From NCBI GenBank assembly GCA_030264375.1, contig JASCQW010000112.1:23854162-23918161 (forward strand): a stretch of DNA of 64,000 nucleotides, given 5' to 3'. Source of the DNA: Carcharhinus longimanus (lineage: Eukaryota). This document shows positions 52,857-64,000 of this stretch, in pieces (the stretch's first letter is position 1; the number at the start of each line of letters is the position of its first letter). The translations under genes and the position numbers were made by a program. The notes under the pieces were generated by a model. That model had not been told where the DNA came from and did not search any database. It saw only the letters and a program-made list of their open reading frames with translations.

Positions 52857-53169
52857 ATGATGTGGAAATGTCGACGTTGGTTTGGGATGGGTACAGTAAG
52901 AAGTCTCTCAACACCAGANNNNNNNNNNNNNNNNNNNNNNNNNNNNNNNNNNNNNNNNNNNNNNNNNNNNNNNNNNNNNNNNNNNNNNNNNNNNNNNNNN
53001 NNNNNNNNNNNNNNNNNNTGAAGTCCAACAGGTTTATTTGGTATCACGAGCGTTTGGAGTGCTGCCCCTTCATCAGGTGAGTCACCTGATGAAAGAGCAG
53101 TGCTCCAAAAGCACGTGATACCAAATAAACCTGTTGGACTTTAACCTGGTGCTGTGAGACTTCTTACTG
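52857..53169. mobile_element. Palindromic Penelope-like insertion (gapped) with hammerhead remnants
   Basis: Same family as 29319; centre CATCAGGTGAGTCACCTGATG; imperfect flanking repeat TATTTACTGCT / TATTTACTACT. Confidence 0.8.
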
Positions 53170-55062
53170 TATTTACTACTGTGTCACAGACTTATATGTG
53201 CCCATTTCAAGGAAGCCATTGGGCTTGAGAGGCAGGGAGAAGGATAGCACTTGCAAAGCAAAGTTTTTTTTTCTCTGTCTGCTCTCTGGGAGGCCTAAAG
53301 AAGGGAACATTTAGAAGTCAGAACATGAAAATCGCTCGCCAAGTAAAAACCTAGCTCCGTCTAGTTTGTCTTCATCGTCATGCTGGTAGTCACATGATAA
53401 TGGAATTGTTGACTTAAAGAAATCAATCTTTATCGATTAGTCTGCAACAGGCACAGAAATGAAGCGAGAAAACATCCACTGATAAAAATCTAGGTCCAAA
53501 GTCACCTATTCCTCCCAAGTACTCTATATTTACATATTGGTCATGTACTGTATTATAAAATGTTATTTGTGAAAAAAATCTGTCTGACTTGTACTTGAAT
53601 GAATCAGTACTAATTGGTTCCACTGTCTGCCTGTGGGTCTACTACTCGCACTGAAATAACATTTTCTGCAGCTTAATTTTGAATTCGCACCTCCTCCCCC
53701 ACAATCCCTTTTGAGCGTGGGTTGTATCGTCTATTTCTACTGTTTGTGGCTGACATTATGTAGTCCCATTTTGAATGCTTAAAAAAAAAATACCACTTTT
53801 CGAGCTGCTCTTTTCCATTCATAACATGTCCAATAGCCGCTCATAATCCAAACCGTCAAACCTCTCTATCACTCTGGTCAATCATAACTGTATTCTTCCA
53901 ATGCTTGTAATATTTTATACGGTTGTGGCCAGAAGTATCTAAATGCTACCACATCAGTGATTTATAAGGGGACAGAATCGCTTCACTATTTTGGCTGAAT
54001 ATTTGGGTTCCCATGTCTGATTTGTTTGACTTTGCTGCGTATTATGGCTAGAATTGTAAATCATTTCTCTTGTTCCCTCATTTCATTTTTTTCAAATAAG
54101 TTGCTAGTTTAAGATGAAATATGGGCCCCATTCATACATCGTAAGGATTCTGCCCAAATTAAAACCTTATGCCTAGGTCAGGGTTTCGGCCCCGATATAG
54201 GAGGCTGGGGTGGGATCTGAAATGGGCAAACACATTATTTTTGTCAGCGTGCCTACTTACAAGCACCATTCCAACCCCTGCCTCCCACGGCCACTGTCCT
54301 GTTTGTTGGATTGAGCAGGGAATGACTACACACCAGCCNNNNNNNNNNNNNNNNNNNNNNNNNNNNNNNNNNNNNNNNNNACACTGGCTTTTCTAGTCCA
54401 ATCTGCAGTGGGAATCAGTGTTGGCGGAACAGAAAATAGCTTGGATGCCCATATGAGCCTTGAGCCTGCCTTCACTCACCCACCAAACCTCGGGTCTGAG
54501 TGTCACTCCCTGACCAAACCCTGAGCCTTCACTCCTATTTGGCTGACAGCTGTCCAAGATGGGACTTCCAACCAAGTGAGGATGGAAATCCCGCCTGCTG
54601 CCTTATTGAGTGTAAAATGGTTGGTGAGCCTGTCAGAGTTGATTGAAGTGGTTTGATTTGTTTGTTAAGAATGATACTAGTACATATTGTTGGAAAAAGA
54701 AACAGTTGTCAAAGTTTTTCATCTTGCACTCATCAGGACAGAATTCACAGGAATACCAATTGTAAAAGAAACATTTCTGTTGCTATTCTACCGTGTAATA
54801 TTATCATTTTGCATTAAACGTTATCAAATTTGTGGTGAACAAATTAACGAAAAGCAAGTTAAAATAAGGTCACAGCATTGTGTGGATAATATAAAAGATC
54901 AGAATTAAAATTAGGAAATGTTTTTCTTTTTCCAGTAATAGAGCTGTGAAACCTCTGAGAGCACACTACCCTTCTACCTCTGGTGTTAAAGTGGCTGAAT
55001 AAATTTTTTTACTATCAGTTGAAGTTATCTCATTCCACAATTTTTACTTGGTTAACAGAAAA

Positions 55063-55370
55063 ATAGAAACCCTACGTTGCAGAAGGAGGCCATTCGGCCC
55101 ATCAAGTCTGCACCAACAACAATCCCACCCAGGCCCTATCCCCATAATCCCACATATTTACCCCACTAATTTATGCATCCCAGGACACTAAAGGGTAAAT
55201 TAGCATGGCCAGTGCACCTAACCAACACGTCTTTGGACTGTGGGAGGAAATCTGAGCACCCAGAGACAGGGAGAATGTGCAAACTCCACACACACAGTGA
55301 ACACAAGCCGGAAATTGAACCCAGGTCCCTGGAGATGTGAGGCAGCAGTGCTAACCACTGTGCCACATCC
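55063..55370 (-). mobile_element. HE1-type V-SINE, tail type A
   Basis: Reverse complement of a full element. Confidence 0.9.
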
Positions 55371-55640
55371 ACTGTTGTTGTTTAGCATCTCAAACTGGTT
55401 GTAGTTTGGCACAGGTTTGCTCACATTTTGGTACACTGTTTGGGTATGGAAAATATTTTTTTTAATCTTAACATTCATTCCTTTGAGATTTTGCTATAGT
55501 GTTGGAGTAGAGGGAAATAAACTTTACAGTGAAGCTGGTAATTCTGTAAGTTTTAGCTACATGTTTTGGCTCAAATTAACTCAATTTGAGAAATTAGACT
55601 TGAGGTGAAAGCTATTTTCCTGTTGCTATGTTGCGATATA

Positions 55641-55659
55641 TTGGTGCCACCTAGTGGAC
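55641..55659 (-). promoter_or_regulatory. CTCF-binding motif
   Basis: Reverse strand GTCCACTAGGTGGCACCAA closely matches the CTCF consensus CCAC/GYAGRKGGCRS; lies outside recognisable repeats. Confidence 0.6.
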
Positions 55660-56091
55660 TTGCAGAGGTTTCCTTTAATTCGGAACATATTTTGACATAG
55701 AATCATAGAGGTTTACAGCATGGAAATAGACCCTTCGGCCCAACTTTTTTTTAAACCCTTAAACTAATCCCAATTGCCTGCATTTGGCTCATATCCCTTT
55801 ATAGCCATCTTACTCATATAGGATCTCCAACCAAAACCTTGCTTAAAAGCTTACTAGAGATAATATTCAAAGGGTTGTTCAACTGAGCTTTATCATTTGC
55901 AAATCTAGATTGGATTTCTTCAAACATCCAGTAAGATCGACTGAGTGCAAGAACTAAATGTTCAGGCCATTTCCATATGACACATTAGTGCCCACACTAA
56001 TGCTGCCACCTTCAGCCATTGGTTTAATTTATTCTATGGGGGGAGATGAACAGACATCCACCTGATAATATTGAAGTTTGAGCACACATTG

Positions 56092-56412
56092 GGGCAGCAC
56101 GGTGGCACAGTGATTAACACTGTTGTCTCACAATGCCAGGGACCTGGGTTCAAATCCAGCCTCGAGTCACTGTCTGTGTGGAGTTTGCACGTTCTCCCCG
56201 TGTCTGCATGGGTTTCCTCTGGATTCTCCAGTTTCCTCCTACAGTCCAGAGATGTGCCGGTTAGGTTGATTGGCCGTACTAAATTGACCCAAGTGTCAGA
56301 GGGATTACCAGGGTAAATTTGTGGGGTTACAGGAGTAAGATCTGCGTGGGATTGTGGTCGGTACAGACTCGATGGGCTGAATGGCGGCCTCCTGTCCTGT
56401 AGGGATTCTATG
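56092..56412 (+). mobile_element. HE1-type V-SINE, tail type A
   Basis: GGGCAGCACGGTGGCACAG ... GTAGGGATTCTATG. Confidence 0.92.
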
Positions 56413-56974
56413 CTATGATACCAGAATTCTAGTGGAGTTGATTGATATTCCCCGGAACTAGCACTTTTGTCATGTACAACAAGAGAAAATGGGCTGAATT
56501 GAATGATGACCCTGAGAGTAGAAAGTATGGTGAGTGGGGGGGAGTTCATTATGTTAGAGTCAAAATTTCTAAATTCTGACGGCAGTTTTAGACTGAAATG
56601 TTGTCAGTGGCAGGGTCAGGTCTTTCACTCTAACATGGCAGGTTTGTACTTTGTTTTACGTTTGCATGCCACGAATACTCATTATCTTAAAGCTTTTGTG
56701 AAATTAATTCCTACCTTGTAAGATGAGGTCAGCGCTGCATGGGGACCTTGTGGCACTTGATTCATTTTCATTTAATGGTGGCATGTAGCAGTCGGTTTGG
56801 TGCAGTTGCTTCCGAGGCGAGTGGTTGTCTTTGTGGCATAGGGAAAGGGAACAGGAGAATGGCAGCTTGGATGGAGCATTGGGATTGGCAAGAGCAGATC
56901 AGGGGTGAGGAGGTTTGTTTGAGAAATTGGGCATGGAGGACTGGAAGAGCGTAATTACAGAGGTGGGCTCAGGG

Positions 56975-58570
56975 CATGAAAGTGCAGTTGGAAGGGCCTT
57001 GTATGTGATCGGCATGGTGGGGAAAGTTAGTGAAGATAAATGAAGTGGGGACCCAAAAGGGTGGGCTTAGTATTTCCCGTTGTGGGAGCATCTAGGACCA
57101 GAGGGTATAATCTCGGAGTAAGGGGTCACCCATTGAATACAGTCATAAGTCTCACAACACTTGGTTAAAGTCCAACAGGTTTATTTGGTAGCAAAAGCCA
57201 CTAGCTTTTGGAGCGCTCACTGCTCCTTCATCAGGTGAGTGGGATTTCAGTTCACAAACAGGGTATATATAGACACAAACTCAATTTACAAAATAATGGT
57301 TGGAATATGAGTCTTTACAGATTATCAAATCTTAAAGATACAGACAATATGAGTGGCGAGTGGGTTAAGCACAGGTTAAAGAGATGTGTATTGTCTCCAG
57401 CAGGGACAGTTAGTGAGATTTTGCAAGCTCAGGCAAGTCATAGGGGTTACGTTAACCTGGTGTCGTGACACTTCTTACTAGATGCTCCCACAAGGGGAAA
57501 TACTGACCCCACCCTTTTGGGTCCCCACTTCACTTATCTTCACTAACTTTCCCCACCATGCCAACCACATACAAGGCCCTTCCAACTGCACTTCCATACC
57601 CCAGTCCAATGCCAGCATCTCCACATCATGGTGATCCATCATCAATTTCTTCTCTCAGAGGGTAGTGATTCTGCAGAGGGCTGTAGAAGATGTGTCATTA
57701 AGTATGTTCAAGACTGAGATGGACTGATTTTTAATCAGTAAGGGAATGAAAGGTTAGGAGGATAAAGCAGGAAAGTGGAGTTGAGGATTATTGCTTCAGA
57801 TTAGTCATGATCTCATTGAAAGGGTGAAGCAGATTTGATGAGCCAATTGGACTATTTCTGCTTCCATGTTGTATAGTCTTATGCTCCAAAGTTGGGTCCT
57901 GTGGATCAAATGCATGGTGCTGGCTGGCCAAGGGAATGTTCAGTTGCAGGGCAGAGTTTGATTGGCAGTGGGGATAGTTCTAGTTTGAGGTAGGAACATT
58001 CAGTGGCCACATGGTGCAGGTCACAGGCTCCAATGGAATCATTAAGGATGATGGGTGGAGGGTCTAGGATTTGAGGAAGAATCTTGATGAGAAGGAGGGT
58101 AAAAAGATGGCATGTCCACTTCCACAATGGACTACAGAGGGAATGCTTACTATAATGTTGTGAGAGTCAAGGGTGAAGGGGACAAAGTTGGAGATGATGA
58201 GGGGAGAGAGGGAGGAGAGTCAGGGGTTTCAATATAAGGATCATTTGCGCACTCTTTCCCACCATGTCCAAAAACTAGCTTGTAGATGCCAGGAGTGGAT
58301 GAAGCAAGTATCTCAATAGGACATGGGAGCAGAATAATCCATTTAGCCCATTTGGCCACTCACCTGATGAAGGAGCAGCGAGTGCTCCAAAAGCTAGTAG
58401 CTAGTACCAAATAAACATGTTGGACTTTAACCTAGTGTTGTGAGACTTCTGACTGTGTTCAATGGACAGTTCAAGGGACTGTGTTCCCTTACTCTGAGAC
58501 TATATCCTCTGGTCCTAGATGCTCCCACAAGGGGAAATACTAAGCCCACCCTTTTGGGTCCCCACTTCAT
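56975..58570. repeat. Rearranged Penelope-like insertion in a CR1 3' end, with two inverted duplications of flanking DNA
   Basis: 56975-57094 is inverted at 57479-57600; ~57040-57241 is inverted at ~58358-58570. Confidence 0.8.
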
Positions 58571-58574
58571 GTTT

Positions 58575-59713
58575 TGCATCAATGACTTTCCATTCATCAT
58601 AAGGTCAGCGGTGGGAATGTTTGTTAATGACTGCACAATGTTCAGCACCATTTGTGACGACTCAGATTCTGAAACAGTTCATATCCAAAGGCAGCAAAAC
58701 CTGGTCGGTTTCCAGGCTTGGCCTGACAAGTGGCAAGTAACATTTGCACCACAAAAGTGGCAGGCAATGACTATCTCCAACAAGAGAAGATCTAACCATC
58801 ACTCCTTGACATTCAATGGCATTATCATCACTGAATCCCACACCATCAATATCCTGGGGGTAACCAGAAACTGACCTGGACCAGCCATATAAATACTATG
58901 GTTACCAGAGCAGGTCTAGGACTGGAAACCTGCAGTAAGTAATTCACCTCCTGACTTCCCAATCTACAAGGCACAAGTCATGAGTGTGATGGGGTACTCT
59001 TCACTTGCCTGGAAGAGTGTAGCTCCAATAATACTCAAGAAGCTCAACACCATCCAGGGCAAATCAGCCTGCTTGATTGGAATCCCTTACACAAATGTTC
59101 AAATCCTCCACCACCAACTAACAGTAACAGCAGTGTGTACCATTTATAAAATGCACTGTCTCCTTAGGCAACTTGTTCCAAACTCATAAGAACATAACAT
59201 AAGAACATAAGAAATAGGAGCAGGAGTAGGCCATCTAGCCCTTCGAGCCTGCCCCACCATTNNNNNNNNNNNNNNNNNNNNNNNNNNNNNNNNNNNNNNN
59301 NNNNNNNNNNNNNNNNNNNNNNNNNNNNNNNNNNNNNNNNNNNNNNNNNNNNNNNNNNNNNCACATCCTCATAGAACTCCAGTAAATTTGTCAGACACGA
59401 CTTCCCTTTAACGAAACCGTGCTGCGTCTGCTCTATCATGACCACTAACATCTGGAAATACACGGACAGCAGATACTTGGGAACACCATTATCTGGAGGT
59501 TCCCTTCCAAATCATCCTGACTTGGAAATATCTCACCATTCCTTCACTATTGCTGGATCAAAATGCTGGTATTCCATCTGTAATGCCCACACCTTAAGGA
59601 ATGAGTGGTTAAAGAAGGCAGCTCTCCATCGCCTTCTGAAGGGCAACTAGGGATGGATAATAAATGCTGGACTAGCCAGTGACGCCTAGATCCTATAAAT
59701 GAATTTTTTAAAA
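58575..59713 (+). mobile_element. CR1-clade second-family RT to 3' end, with a nested minus-strand CR1 (59185-59432)
   Basis: CINDFP..MFVNDCTMF, WQVTFAPQKWQAMTISNK, tail AAGGGCAACTAGGGATGG. Confidence 0.85.
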
Positions 59714-61174
59714 AGGAAGCAATCATTAAAGGAAGACTTTGGAGAAAAATGTCACATGCTTGTTTGTGCGTCTTCAGGATGCAGACATATTAGTTCCAGA
59801 TGTTCGAGAGGCAGTGCCAGAGATGCTAGAGGCCATCTCATTGTCCAATTGTCAGGATAGGTTTGCTTCCTCAGGATGCCAGCCTTCCCTCCATCATGAA
59901 CAACCTGCAAAATTGTGCCTTCTACCGCCAAAAATCATAATCATATAAACCTTTGAAACACACACTCGCTACTGAAGATTTACCCAGGATAGCTGATGCA
60001 CCAGTGGACATATGCACAGTAGCCTATCATTGCCGAGATATCAGAACTGCTCCATCATTAGAGATCCTTGATTTAAGTTCTTTACAGTTCAGTTGTCTCT
60101 GTGGAAGATAATCTCAGACAACCTCTTTATGCAGTGTCTATAGAACCTGTGCATTCCTCTAGGTCCCACAGATTGGCAGATATCATGAATAAAGACTAAC
60201 TAGGTAACACACTACACTATCGGCATCTACTTTGTGTAGGAGACTAACACTCCCCTGCAACTTTCAATGAGTGCAAACATGAGACATGCCAGTATAATTA
60301 GGAGTCTGATGAAGCAGCTCATAAAAAAAGATGATGATGCACACTTGAATAAAGTGAGTACAATATTTTGTGCAATACTTACACGTGATGCAGTGAATTT
60401 TGTATAATCAGTCATGCCACCTTTCTGCTGTCATAAATACTGTATTTTCCTACCACTATGTTTTGGTGTAACCCTGTCAGCAGCTGAGGAGGAAGCAGGC
60501 TACTCAGTGCAATGCCACACTACCTCCAATGTCTTTGGCATGCCCAATCCAGAGAGCTGGGGCCTTGAAAGTTCCAGACTCGTGGGGTGCCCTGAATAGG
60601 TGCAGGGGAAATCTCGACCATGCTGACTGGGGACAATGGAGTCATTAACAGATGGGATGAGGAGAGGCCTGAGAGGAAGCTCCCCCCCACCTCAACCCAG
60701 TGAGTTGGCATGTATTCCTCCTCCATCTGGTGCGTACTGGCAAATCCTTGTCTTCCTAAGGAGAAGGAGCCTTGTCTTCCTAAGGTCCAGGTACCTTGTA
60801 CCACGCATCTCCCCCCAAAACCTATCCACTGCTGTATTGAGCTTATGGCTAGAGCCATGTAGTGTAGATCCCAGTGCATTTAGGTCATATAACGAAATAA
60901 ATCTTTCAAGTGGCTTTGATTCATGGTGGCCTTTTGTCCCACAGAGGATAGGGTTTGGTTGGGTGGTTTATGGTCTTCAAACATTTATTTATTAGTTACG
61001 AATAAGACTTACATTAATACTGCAATAAAGTTACAGTGAAATTCTTTGCGAAATTGGATACTGTGAAATACTATTTGTAGCAAAAATTGTAACACCCACT
61101 ACCCGGGCAATTTTTAATCTATTTTAGAAATTGGTTATAAAGGAAACAAAGTTGAACCAAATTTATGAAACATT

Positions 61175-61860
61175 TATCATAAAATCATAGAATAGTTACA
61201 GCAATGAAGGAGGCCATTCAGCCTGTCATATCCATGCCAGCTCACTGCAAGTGCAAGTCACCTGGTCTCACTCTCCCGTCTTTTCCCCACAGCTTTGCAA
61301 TATTTTTCTCTTCAGGTAATTATCCGACTCTCTCCTTGAAGGCCTTGATTCAGTCTACCTCTGGCAGGCAGTACATTACAGCTCGTAACCACTTGCCACT
61401 TATTAAAGATTTTCCTTCTGTTGCCTTCACTCCTTTAGCTTATCACCTTAAATCGGTGTCCTCTGATTCTCAATCCTTCCATTAATGAGAACAGTTTTTC
61501 ATTATGTACTGCCCAGACCCATTATGATTTTGAAATATTAAAAAAAGTGTATTCCATGAATTTTGAGCAGGTTGGTAGGAATGTTGTGCAAAATCACAGC
61601 CTGTTGATTGAATTACAGTGACTCTAGCTCACTGATCTGTGTAGTACTGATCTTCACAATTGGAAATGCATATTGCCTGGGAGTTTGATAATTGTGGCAA
61701 TTTGGCATGTTTGATTTCATTGGTCAGTACATTGAATACAGGAGTTAGGACATATTGTTGAAGTTGTACAAGACATTGGTGAGGCCACACTTGGAGTATT
61801 ATGTACAGTTCCGGTCACCCTATTATAGGAAGGATATTATTAAACTAGAAAGCGCAGAAG
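61175..61860. mobile_element. CR1 fragments (61175-61530 - tail; 61715-61860 +)
   Basis: ATCATAGAATAGTTACAGC tail; LYKTLVRPHLEY motif. Confidence 0.7.
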
Positions 61861-61864
61861 AAGA

Positions 61865-63017
61865 AACTGGGTTCCATTGCATTTACATTTCTTTCTATTG
61901 TTAGGGTACGGATCAGAAACCCCAAAGTATAATACAAAGTCAGACTAGATACCAATCACTCAACATCATCACTCTGTAAAACTGACAGCAAATCTGGCAC
62001 AGTCAAACTCAGAAGTTCAGACATTATAATCAGTGCTACCCTGCTCCTCCACAGGGTACCTCTGGGATCCAGAGACTGACTGGAAAATTCTAGTTGGCCT
62101 CTGACAACAGATCTTAATTGGCTATCCACCATGTATGTAAATTGGTTTGGAGGAGAAATGGAGCTGGTATGCTGGCTGATGGCAAGAACTTATTAATCTA
62201 CCCACCACTGTGCCCAACCCCTTTTTTGGGGCCTTTCAAATTCAGACCTTGGCCTCTGAATTTGAAACAAGAAATCAGCATAGTGCAATGATACTGTGCT
62301 ATTTTGCTATATTTTGTGTTTAAGGTGAGGCTGCTTTAAGAAGTAGTGTTTCTTTACAAGAGTCAAGTTTGTTGGGGAGACATACAATAAATGCTAAGAA
62401 TACAGGGTAATAACTGATTTTAGCTAAGAGTGTGTTACCTTTTAGAATTAATGGACCTTTTGTTTATTTAGGTTCTTGTGTCAAGCCATGGGAATATTGA
62501 TTAGGTTGATTGACAAGGACAGAATCATGTGACTAATAATGGGAGGAGCTAAGCTTGCAGGAGGGGTTGGGCTGCCAGAAGAAAGCAGAGTCTCTCTCCA
62601 AAGGGTCTCTGAAAGCTCCAAGCCGAGTAACTTAAGTCAAAGCAAGTATGCCAGTGTTTTGCTAACTATATTTTTAAAGAGTGGTTTAAGTCTATAAAAG
62701 AAATATTGCTTGATTGGACCTCATAGTGACAGCTTAGTAGTTAAGAATTGTATCTTGTCATGGGTTTAAGTATTGTTCAATTGTTAAAAGTTAAGCTAAT
62801 TCATTTGTTATAGTTAAACTGTATTGTTGAATAGTTTGTTTTGATAAAAGATTCCCAGTTTGTCAGTAGAATTGCACCTGGAGTGAAACATCTTATTCTC
62901 ACAGCAATGCCAAAATAAAAAGTTATTGGTGTCTAATCTGAATTAATATTATACTTTTGGGTTTCTGATCAGTACCCTGACAATAGAAAGAAATATAAAT
63001 GCAATAGAAACCCAGTT
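61865..63017. repeat. ~1.15-kb segment bounded by ~90-bp inverted repeats
   Basis: 61865-61957 is the near-reverse complement of 62925-63017. Confidence 0.8.
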
Positions 63018-64000
63018 CTCTGAGATTTGGTGGTCAGATGCTGAAGGCTGAGGGACAGATGTGGGCTGTAGAATATATATTCTATATCTGTAGTATGAAA
63101 ACCTATTTTGATGCTATACATTATTGAAGTTTGGACGATTGCCTGTTTTGATCTAATCCAGATGCTGAAGCATTTGGTTCAAATCTTTGTACAAATGTTG
63201 TAGAGATGGAACTTCCATAACGTAGCAGTGGCTGATTTCCACAGCTCAGGTCTTCCTATTAGTGTCCTCTGTTCAATGAGGAAGTTGCTGTTCTGATAAA
63301 GAAATTGAATATCAACAAATGGGCTTCTACCTCTGGTAAGTGCAGACAGCTAACTCCTCTCTGTTCACAACTACATCAGGAATTGGCTCTCCCTCGCTGC
63401 AGCCAAGGCAATTAGCTTGAACATTTACTTTGAATGAAGGTACATCCACTATTAGGTGGAGCTGGTGGTTTTAAGCAGTGGGGGAGATGAGAGTACAGGA
63501 ATTGGAGTTAATGGACCTTGGATTATCTCTTAAACCTTGCCTCTGTTGCATTGTATTTTTTCTCCCCCCTCTCCCCACCCCCCCCCCCACACTTTTTAGC
63601 TCTGTCTTCCAAGTATTATTTTGTCTGTTCTGATTGGTCCCCACCTTTTGCATTTTTTTTGTTTGATGTTGTCTCATATTTGCTGCACATCCAGTTACCG
63701 TCTCTGCGTTTTTTCAACCAGAAGGGTAGACATCTGTGAGANNNNNNNNNNNNNNNNNNNNNNNNNNNNNNNNNNNNNNNNNNNNNNNNNNNNNNNNNNN
63801 NNNNNNNNNNNNCACACTTCTGATGATTGAATCTGTCTGGGAATGCATTTTAATATTGTCTGGTTAGCTGCTCCAAGCTTGCTTTCTGCAACAGAATATT
63901 GCCTTTCAATTAGGTGACATCAAAAAAGAAGACAGACAAAGGAGGCAGAAGGTTAATCAGAAGAAGAACAGGAGCCTGAAAATATCGCTGGGAGCAATTT

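Noticed and set aside
47838-64000. Reticulon homology domain exons or the RTN1-C first exon
   Set aside because: No IDLLYWRD-like or MQATAD-like sequence seen; probably downstream of the window or in a gap.
1-64000. CRISPR arrays, rRNA genes, prokaryotic operons
   Set aside because: None seen; the sequence is vertebrate, largely intronic DNA.

Overview
Eukaryotic, repeat-rich genomic DNA with scaffold gaps, almost certainly from an elasmobranch (shark), judged by ~15 HE1-type V-SINEs and elasmobranch-type CR1 LINEs. The only convincing host coding sequence is two large phase-1 exons of reticulon-1 (RTN1, long isoform) on the + strand (42573-43250 and 47034-47837), plus a candidate 39-nt upstream exon (19713-19751). 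The reticulon-homology-domain exons are not visible in the window. The rest is probably intronic: CR1 fragments of two families, HE1 SINEs with two different 3' tails, a SacSINE1-like SINE, Penelope-like terminal repeats with hammerhead-ribozyme cores, Harbinger-like MITEs and a decayed Myb/SANT gene, a decayed intronless SYCP1-like retrocopy and a CTCF motif. Most interesting: (i) inverted HE1 SINEs bracket both stop-free, 3n RTN1 exons, a circRNA/rolling-ORF architecture; (ii) palindromic Penelope-hammerhead insertions, one with inverted duplications of flanking DNA; (iii) the SYCP1-like retrocopy. All protein and repeat identifications are from recalled sequences, not searches. Repeat boundaries are approximate. 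I see no firm evidence for a wholly new biological system.
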